Position numbers and translations under genes: made by a program
The notes under the pieces: model-generated
The model's input: the letters and a program-made list of their open reading frames with translations, nothing else
Database searches by the model: none
What the model was told of the DNA's origin: nothing
Assembly: GCA_002714185.1 (NCBI GenBank)
Contig: PAWM01000008.1
Span: 3,091 to 67,090, forward strand
DNA: 64,000 bases
Direction: 5' to 3'
Source of the DNA: Flavobacteriales bacterium
GTDB taxonomy: Bacteria > Bacteroidota > Bacteroidia > Flavobacteriales > TMED113
Shown here: positions 9,301 to 15,778 of the stretch, piece after piece
Numbering within the stretch: position 1 is the stretch's first letter
How the letters are laid out: every line of letters begins with the position of its first letter

Positions 9301-10484
9301 CCACAAACAGGATCCCATACTGCCATATATATACAGTCCAGGTCTAGTTCTGCTATACAATCAGTTGTTTCACAATCCCATTCTAAGCTTGTAGTTTCAC
9401 CGGTTAATTCATCTACCCAGAGAGTTACTCCTGCTGCTTGAGCCTCACAACTATTGTTATACATAACACCGTTACAGCCCATAACAGGTTGGTAGATAAA
9501 AGGACAAACAGGTGTTAGAACAATCCATTCTGGATTTATACATGGGCAATCTTCAGTTAACTCTTCATCTTCATCACAAATACTATTTTCATTAATATCA
9601 TTGATACATTCACAATAGCAGGTTTCAATTAATGTACAAGATGTTTCATCAACTTCTGTATATGAGACAAGATATGTGTTAGGGTTAAATGAACAATCAC
9701 AATCTTCAATTATAGTAACCAACTCTTCGCAATCATCTTCACAAATTCCATCTTCATCTACATCAAATATGCATCCGCCTGAAAGTTCATCACAATAAAT
9801 ATTCTCCGAAATTACATATGTACTACTTCCTTGATATCCACATACATCTTCCCATAACCATACACCGGTGTATTCATTTGTCCAGCTGCATCCATATGAT
9901 ATGCATGTTTCTTCATCACTTATATCGTAACAAGAACCAGTGATTACTTCTTCAATCCAAGTTCCTATACAATCATCTACCTCATCACAAATTCCATCTT
10001 CGTCAAGGTCTATTTCACAACCTTCACATTCCAATTCAGTACATCCTAGTATTCCATTTTCACAAAAACAGGTATTACACCAATTATTACCTGTATCTGG
10101 TCCAAACCAACCACTTTCTACTATAGTTCCATCAGATAATATGCATTCATTGATTGCTTGATCCGGGTTTCCTCCTTCAAAAATCCATTGAGTAATTAAT
10201 GCAATCTCTTCATCAGTAAGTGGTTCATTTCCCCATGCAGGCATATACCCAGTTACAATATAATCTTCAAGTACTGAAAGTACATTAGAAGCATCAGTTG
10301 TATTGCCTCCTGCCATTAAATTTTCATAACTATTTAATTCAATTCCTCCAGTGTAACCTGCTCCATTTGAATGGCAACTAACACAGTTGTTGTCAAAAAT
10401 AGGTTGAATTTGGGTGTTATAATCAATTTGGCTAAATGTTACATTATATGTAATTAATATAAGTAGTGTAATAATATGTTTCAT
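6276..10484 (-). CDS. Giant acidic Cys-rich secreted multidomain protein with T9SS C-terminal sorting domain; function unknown
   Basis: 1402-aa ORF. Signal peptide [19 protein letters not shown]. N-terminal CVSCH module. VWC-like, Kazal-like and CUB-like Cys modules. Tandem roughly 190-aa repeat. [24 protein letters not shown] (thrombospondin type-3 repeat). C-terminal [15 protein letters not shown]...[19 protein letters not shown] (T9SS CTD). Confidence 0.88.
   Translation of the reverse strand: [1402 protein letters not shown]
6999..8159 (-). repeat. In-frame tandem duplication (units of 191 and 196 codons) inside the giant T9SS gene
   Basis: Unit 1 is residues 776-966 ([21 protein letters not shown]...NNDNCIIE). 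Unit 2 is residues 967-1162 ([21 protein letters not shown]...NTDNNCEI). They are colinear, with roughly half of positions identical by eye and all 14 Cys per unit conserved. Confidence 0.8.
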
Positions 10485-10584
10485 ATATGTGATTTTATAT
10501 TGTGTATTATATCAATAATTATACCATAAATTATATTTATGTAAATAAAAAAAATAATAACTAATGGTTTATTAAAGATACAAT

Positions 10585-12309
10585 TTATTCTTTGAATTGA
10601 AGTTGTGCTAATTTTTGATATGTTCCATTCTCCTTAATTAATTGTTCATGAGTTCCAGATTCTACGATACTTCCGTTTTCTAATACCAGTATTTTATCCA
10701 CATTCTTAATAGTAGATAATCGATGAGCAATTATGATTGATGTTCTACTTTTTAATAATAAATTCATTGAATCCTGTATTAAATTTTCAGATTCTGAGTC
10801 TAGTGATGAAGTAGCTTCATCAAAAATTAAAATTTTAGGATTTTTTATTAATGCTCTTGCAATAGCTATTCTTTGCCGTTGTCCTCCAGAAATTTCCACA
10901 CCTCTTTCCCCAACAATAGTATCATATCCATTTTCAAATTGCATAATAAAATTATGTGCATTTGCTTTTTTTGAAGCTTCAATCATTTCTTCTTCTGAAG
11001 CTTGTTGATTTGCATATAATAAATTTTCTCTAATTGTATTTGCGAATAACACAATATCTTGTGGAACCAAACCAACTTGTTCTCTTAATTGATGTAATCC
11101 AAAATTTTCAATTTTTTCATTATTGATAATTATTTTTCCACTTTGTATTTCATAAAATTTGAGTAGTAATTTAGTTATTGTTGTTTTACCCGAACCACTA
11201 ACACCTACTATTGCTACTTGTTCTCCTTCATTAATTTGAAAAGTTAAATTATTGATAACTTTTGTATTCTTTCTAGAAGGATAAGCAAAATTAACTTTAT
11301 CAAATTTGATATTACCATGAATAATTTGCCTGTGATTAGATTTTGTAATATTTTCCGGAATTTCTTTTTGAATTTTTAATAATTCTTCAGTTGCACCCAT
11401 TGCTTTTTGTATTGAAGCATATAATTCTGCAATACCTCCAACACTAGCTGCAATAAAAACTGAATAAAGTACAAATGAAAAAAGTTGACCTATGCTCATA
11501 TTACCATCTTTTATAAGTATTGTTCCGTACCATATTACTGCTACTATAGATCCAAAAATTCCGAAAATAATAAATGATGCAAATAGAGCTCGTAATTTAC
11601 CCAGTTTAATTGATGTGTTAGCTATTTCAATTGTTTTAACATTGTATCTATTGATTTCAAATAATTCACTTGTAAATGCTTTGACAGTATTAACTGCTTG
11701 TAGTGTTTCTTCCACAATTGTATTAGATTCTGCTACAATATTTTGTACATCTTTAGCATACTTTCTTAATTTCCTGCCAAATATAACTGCTATAATAACA
11801 ACTACAGGAAGTGTACATAACATAAATAAAGTTAATTTAAAAGAGGTTATTGAGAGAAGTGTTATCCCGCCAATGATAATTATAATTTGACGTAAAAATT
11901 CGGCTAGCTCTGTTGTAAATGTATTTTTTAGTATTTCAATATCAGATGCAATTCTACTACATAATTCACCAATTCTTCTATTTGAATAGAAATCTAAAGG
12001 TAATTTTATTAGATTGCTAAATGAATCAGATCTTAATTTAGCCATTGCTTTTGATGTAACTTGTACAAAAAGTACAATTCTGAAATATGAAAATATTGCT
12101 TGTGCACCAAATAGTATAAGAAGTAACAAAGCAATTCTGTTTACACTGTCAATTTCTTGGTTGGATTGATCAACTAATTCACCAACGAGCCACGGAAACA
12201 TTAGGGAAGCTATGCTGGATAAAAATAAAAATATTAAACCTATTATAAATGTAAATTTATGTGGTTTAATATATTCTAGGAGTTTATATAAATTGCTGGT
12301 TTTTCTCAA
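10585..12309 (-). CDS. ABC transporter, fused permease/ATPase (MsbA/ABCB-type exporter)
   Basis: 574 aa. Six N-terminal TM helices, Walker A GVSGSGKTT, signature ISGGQRQRIAIARA, Walker B ILIFDEATSSLD. Confidence 0.9.
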   Translation of the reverse strand: MRKTSNLYKLLEYIKPHKFTFIIGLIFLFLSSIASLMFPWLVGELVDQSNQEIDSVNRIALLLLILFGAQAIFSYFRIVLFVQVTSKAMAKLRSDSFSNLIKLPLDFYSNRRIGELCSRIASDIEILKNTFTTELAEFLRQIIIIIGGITLLSITSFKLTLFMLCTLPVVVIIAVIFGRKLRKYAKDVQNIVAESNTIVEETLQAVNTVKAFTSELFEINRYNVKTIEIANTSIKLGKLRALFASFIIFGIFGSIVAVIWYGTILIKDGNMSIGQLFSFVLYSVFIAASVGGIAELYASIQKAMGATEELLKIQKEIPENITKSNHRQIIHGNIKFDKVNFAYPSRKNTKVINNLTFQINEGEQVAIVGVSGSGKTTITKLLLKFYEIQSGKIIINNEKIENFGLHQLREQVGLVPQDIVLFANTIRENLLYANQQASEEEMIEASKKANAHNFIMQFENGYDTIVGERGVEISGGQRQRIAIARALIKNPKILIFDEATSSLDSESENLIQDSMNLLLKSRTSIIIAHRLSTIKNVDKILVLENGSIVESGTHEQLIKENGTYQKLAQLQFKE

Positions 12310-12369
12310 AGTAATTAACTAATTATTTTATGGTATTTATTTTAAAGTAGTTAAATTAAAAAATAATAT

Positions 12370-12377
12370 TATATTTG
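12370..12377 (+). promoter_or_regulatory. -7 promoter box (TATATTTG) upstream of rpmH
   Basis: TAnnTTTG match 26 nt upstream of the rpmH ATG. Confidence 0.4.
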
Positions 12378-12402
12378 TTCCTCAAAACATTGATTTATCA
12401 CG

Positions 12403-12558
12403 ATGAAAAGAACTTATCAACCTTCAAATACAAAAAGAAAAAACAAGCACGGATTTAGAGAAAGAATGTCTACATCTGATGGTAGAAAAGTTATTTCTAG
12501 AAGACGAGCTAAAGGTAGAAAATCTTTATCTGTTTCAGATCAAATGTTTAAAAAATAG
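12403..12558 (+). CDS. rpmH: 50S ribosomal protein L34
   Basis: Too short for the ORF track. Hand translation gives [51 protein letters not shown] then TAG, the canonical L34 sequence. Confidence 0.95.
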   Translation: MKRTYQPSNTKRKNKHGFRERMSTSDGRKVISRRRAKGRKSLSVSDQMFKK

Positions 12559-12594
12559 AATTTATGACATTTTAAGTTCAATTAATTAATGAGG

Positions 12595-12619
12595 AGGTGT
12601 TTTTTAACACCTTTTTTTA
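12595..12619 (+). terminator. Rho-independent terminator after rpmH
   Basis: AGGTGTT-TTTT-AACACCT forms a perfect 7-bp stem and is followed by a T-run (12612..12618). Confidence 0.7.
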
Positions 12620-12659
12620 TAAATTGATATTTAGTATTTTTAAATAAAAGTATATAGAT

Positions 12660-15509
12660 ATGCCTAAAAATAAATCAATTAAATCAATTTTAATTATTGG
12701 AAGTGGCCCTATTGTTATTGGTCAAGCATGTGAGTTTGATTATTCAGGCTCTCAAGCATCAAGGTCTTTAAGAGAAGAAGGGATTGAAATATCATTAATT
12801 AATTCAAATCCTGCAACTATTATGACAGATCCAGTTGTAGCTGACCATATTTATTTGTTGCCACTAGATTGTGAATCAATAGAAAAAATTTTAAAAGAAA
12901 GAAAGATTGATGCTGTCCTACCTACTATGGGTGGTCAAACTGCTTTAAATTTATGTATAGAGGCAGATGAAAGAGGATTATGGGAAAAATACAATGTTGA
13001 TATTATTGGTGTGGATATTGATGCAATCAATATTACTGAAAACAGGGAGGAGTTTAGGAAGCTAATGAATAATATTGAAATTCCTGTCGCTCCAGCTAAA
13101 ATTGCAACTTCATTTTTAGAGGGTAAATCTATAGCACAGGAATTTGGATTTCCTTTAGTTATTCGACCTTCTTTTACTTTAGGTGGTACTGGAGCAACAT
13201 TTGTATTTCATAAAGAAGATTTTGAAGAAGCATTGAATAAAGGATTACATGCATCACCAATTCACGAAGTTCTTATTGATAAAGCTCTATTAGGATGGAA
13301 AGAATATGAATTAGAATTATTACGTGATAGTAATGATAATGTAATTATCATATGTTCTATTGAAAATATGGATCCTATGGGGATACATACTGGAGATTCT
13401 ATCACTGTTGCACCTGCAATGACATTATCGGACACATGTTATCAAAAAATGCGGGATATGGCGATTAAAATGATGAGGTCTATCGGGGACTTTGCCGGGG
13501 GATGTAATGTCCAATTTGCTGTTAGTCCTGACGAAAATGAAGATATTGTTGCAATTGAAATTAATCCAAGGGTATCTCGTTCTTCTGCATTAGCTTCAAA
13601 AGCCACAGGATATCCAATTGCTAAAGTAGCAGCTAAATTATCAATAGGATACACCCTTGATGAATTAAAAAATCAAATAACTAAAACTACTTCGGCATAT
13701 TTTGAACCTACTCTTGATTATGTTATTGTGAAAATCCCTCGTTGGAATTTTGACAAGTTTAGTGGTTGTGATAGTATGTTAGGTTTACAAATGAAATCAG
13801 TAGGTGAAGTAATGGCTATTGGAAGATCTTTTCAGGAAGCATTACAAAAAGCCTGTCAATCCTTAGAGATAAAACGAAATGGTCTTGGTGCTGATGGAAA
13901 AAGTTGGACAAATCAAGATAGTATTTTAACTTCTTTAAAAAAACCCTCATGGGATAGGGTATTTAGAGTATATGATGCATTAAAAATCGGAATCCCACTT
14001 AGAAGAATTAAAGAGATTACAGGAATTGATGACTGGTTTTTAAGACAGATACATGAATTAATAATTATTGAAAAACAATTATCAAAATTTAGTGTTGACA
14101 ATTTGCCAGAAGAATTATTGTTAAAAGCAAAAATGAAAGGATTTGCTGATAGGCAAATAGCTCATCTTTTAGGAGATGTTGAAAGTAAAGTTTTTGCATT
14201 AAGAAAAAAATATGATATTCAACGTGTCTATAAGTTAGTTGATACTTGTGCTGCTGAATTTGAAGCTCAAACACCATATTATTATTCTACATTTGAAAGA
14301 AAAATAATTTATCCAGATGGGTTAGCTTTTGCTGATAATGAGAGCTCCGTGAGTAATAATAAAAAAATTATTGTTTTAGGTTCTGGACCGAATCGTATTG
14401 GCCAAGGAATCGAGTTTGATTATTGTTGTGTACATGGTGTTTTAGCAGCAAAAGAGTGTGGTTATGAAACCATTATGATTAATTGTAATCCTGAAACAGT
14501 TTCTACTGATTTTGATACTGCTGATAAGTTATATTTTGAACCAGTATTTTGGGAGCATATATATGATATTATACAATTTGAAAAACCAGAAGGTGTTATT
14601 GTTCAGCTAGGAGGTCAAACTGCTTTAAAGTTAGCTGAGAAATTAGAGAAATATGGTGTTAAAATTATGGGTTCCAGCTTTAATTCTTTAGACATAGCTG
14701 AAGATAGAGGTCGTTTTTCAGAAACATTAAAAAACATAGGCATACCTTATCCGGAATTCGGAGTTGCAACCACCGCAGAAGAGGCATCTCAATTAGCTAA
14801 ATCCTTATCTTTTCCAATTCTTGTTAGACCTTCCTATGTATTAGGTGGACAAGGGATGAAAATTGTAATTAATGAAATTGATTTGGAGCATCATGTTGTT
14901 AACTTATTAAAAAGCATCCCAGGTAATCATATATTATTAGATCATTATTTAGATAAGGCGATTGAGGTGGAAGCTGATGCAATTAGTGATGGTAATGATG
15001 TTTATATTATGGGTATTATGGAACACATAGAACCTTGTGGTATTCATTCGGGAGATTCAAATGCAGTGTTACCTCCATTTAATTTATCATCAGATGTCTT
15101 AAGTAAGATTGCAGACTACACTAAAAAAATTGCATTAGCATTAAAAACAGTTGGGTTAATAAATGTACAGTTTGCAATTAAAGATGGTGAAGCATATGTA
15201 ATCGAGGCAAATCCACGAGCATCTAGAACTGTTCCGTTTATCGCAAAAGCATACAAGGAGCCTTATATAAATTATGCAACTAAAGTTATGCTGGGTAATA
15301 AAAAAGTAAAGGATTTTAATTTCCAACCACACCAAAATGGATATGCAATTAAAGTGCCTATATTTTCATTTGATAAATTTCCAAATGTCAATAAGGAATT
15401 AGGTCCTGAAATGAAATCTACTGGTGAAATTATTTATTTTATTTCTGATTTAGAAGACCCATTTTTCATAAAAGTTTATTCTGAAAGAAACTTATATTTA
15501 AGTAAATAA
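12660..15509 (+). CDS. carB: Carbamoyl-phosphate synthase large subunit (short form, no C-terminal MGS-like allosteric domain)
   Basis: 949 aa. Two ATP-grasp halves (IIGSGPIVIGQACEFDYSGSQA and VLGSGPNRIGQGIEFDYCCVH). The ORF ends about 25 residues after EMKSTGEI. Confidence 0.95.
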   Translation: MPKNKSIKSILIIGSGPIVIGQACEFDYSGSQASRSLREEGIEISLINSNPATIMTDPVVADHIYLLPLDCESIEKILKERKIDAVLPTMGGQTALNLCIEADERGLWEKYNVDIIGVDIDAINITENREEFRKLMNNIEIPVAPAKIATSFLEGKSIAQEFGFPLVIRPSFTLGGTGATFVFHKEDFEEALNKGLHASPIHEVLIDKALLGWKEYELELLRDSNDNVIIICSIENMDPMGIHTGDSITVAPAMTLSDTCYQKMRDMAIKMMRSIGDFAGGCNVQFAVSPDENEDIVAIEINPRVSRSSALASKATGYPIAKVAAKLSIGYTLDELKNQITKTTSAYFEPTLDYVIVKIPRWNFDKFSGCDSMLGLQMKSVGEVMAIGRSFQEALQKACQSLEIKRNGLGADGKSWTNQDSILTSLKKPSWDRVFRVYDALKIGIPLRRIKEITGIDDWFLRQIHELIIIEKQLSKFSVDNLPEELLLKAKMKGFADRQIAHLLGDVESKVFALRKKYDIQRVYKLVDTCAAEFEAQTPYYYSTFERKIIYPDGLAFADNESSVSNNKKIIVLGSGPNRIGQGIEFDYCCVHGVLAAKECGYETIMINCNPETVSTDFDTADKLYFEPVFWEHIYDIIQFEKPEGVIVQLGGQTALKLAEKLEKYGVKIMGSSFNSLDIAEDRGRFSETLKNIGIPYPEFGVATTAEEASQLAKSLSFPILVRPSYVLGGQGMKIVINEIDLEHHVVNLLKSIPGNHILLDHYLDKAIEVEADAISDGNDVYIMGIMEHIEPCGIHSGDSNAVLPPFNLSSDVLSKIADYTKKIALALKTVGLINVQFAIKDGEAYVIEANPRASRTVPFIAKAYKEPYINYATKVMLGNKKVKDFNFQPHQNGYAIKVPIFSFDKFPNVNKELGPEMKSTGEIIYFISDLEDPFFIKVYSERNLYLSK

Positions 15510-15517
15510 TATATTTT

Positions 15518-15778
15518 ATGACAGCTTTACTGTATATTGTTTTAGGTATTATAGTTGCTTATTATTTAGTGCCAATTATCACAAGATTTTTATTGATTTA
15601 TTTTTTTAAAAGATGGAGTGATAAAATGAAGAAAAATTTTTTTAAAGATAATGGTCAGAATAAATATCAAGAACATAAGGATGGAGATACTGTCATTCAA
15701 TATAAGAGGGAAAAAACTACTAACTCGGATCCCGGCGGGGAATATGTTGATTTTGAAGATCTAAACGATAATACATGA
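15518..15778 (+). CDS. Small membrane protein, DUF4834-like
   Basis: 86 aa with one N-terminal TM helix and an acidic C-terminal GGEYVDFEDL motif, which I recall from Bacteroidota DUF4834 proteins. Its stop overlaps the next gene's start (ATGA). Confidence 0.5.
   Translation: MTALLYIVLGIIVAYYLVPIITRFLLIYFFKRWSDKMKKNFFKDNGQNKYQEHKDGDTVIQYKREKTTNSDPGGEYVDFEDLNDNT

Noticed and set aside
8842-9441. 199-aa plus-strand ORF, plus other plus-strand ORFs at 6581..6829, 8215..8412, 9170..9394 and 9940..10161, antisense to the giant T9SS gene
   Set aside because: They lie entirely inside a strongly supported minus-strand CDS with signal peptide, domain motifs and CTD all in one frame. Their products are low-complexity Ser/Pro/His-rich strings with no motifs. 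They look like a by-product of the unusual codon usage of the sense strand.
6276-10484. Interpreting the giant protein as a respiratory cytochrome or as a phage or toxin (RHS/polymorphic-toxin-like) element
   Set aside because: It has only one CxxCH motif. It has no RHS/YD repeats, no toxin or immunity pair and no mobile-element genes nearby. The architecture fits a surface adhesin or matrix protein better.
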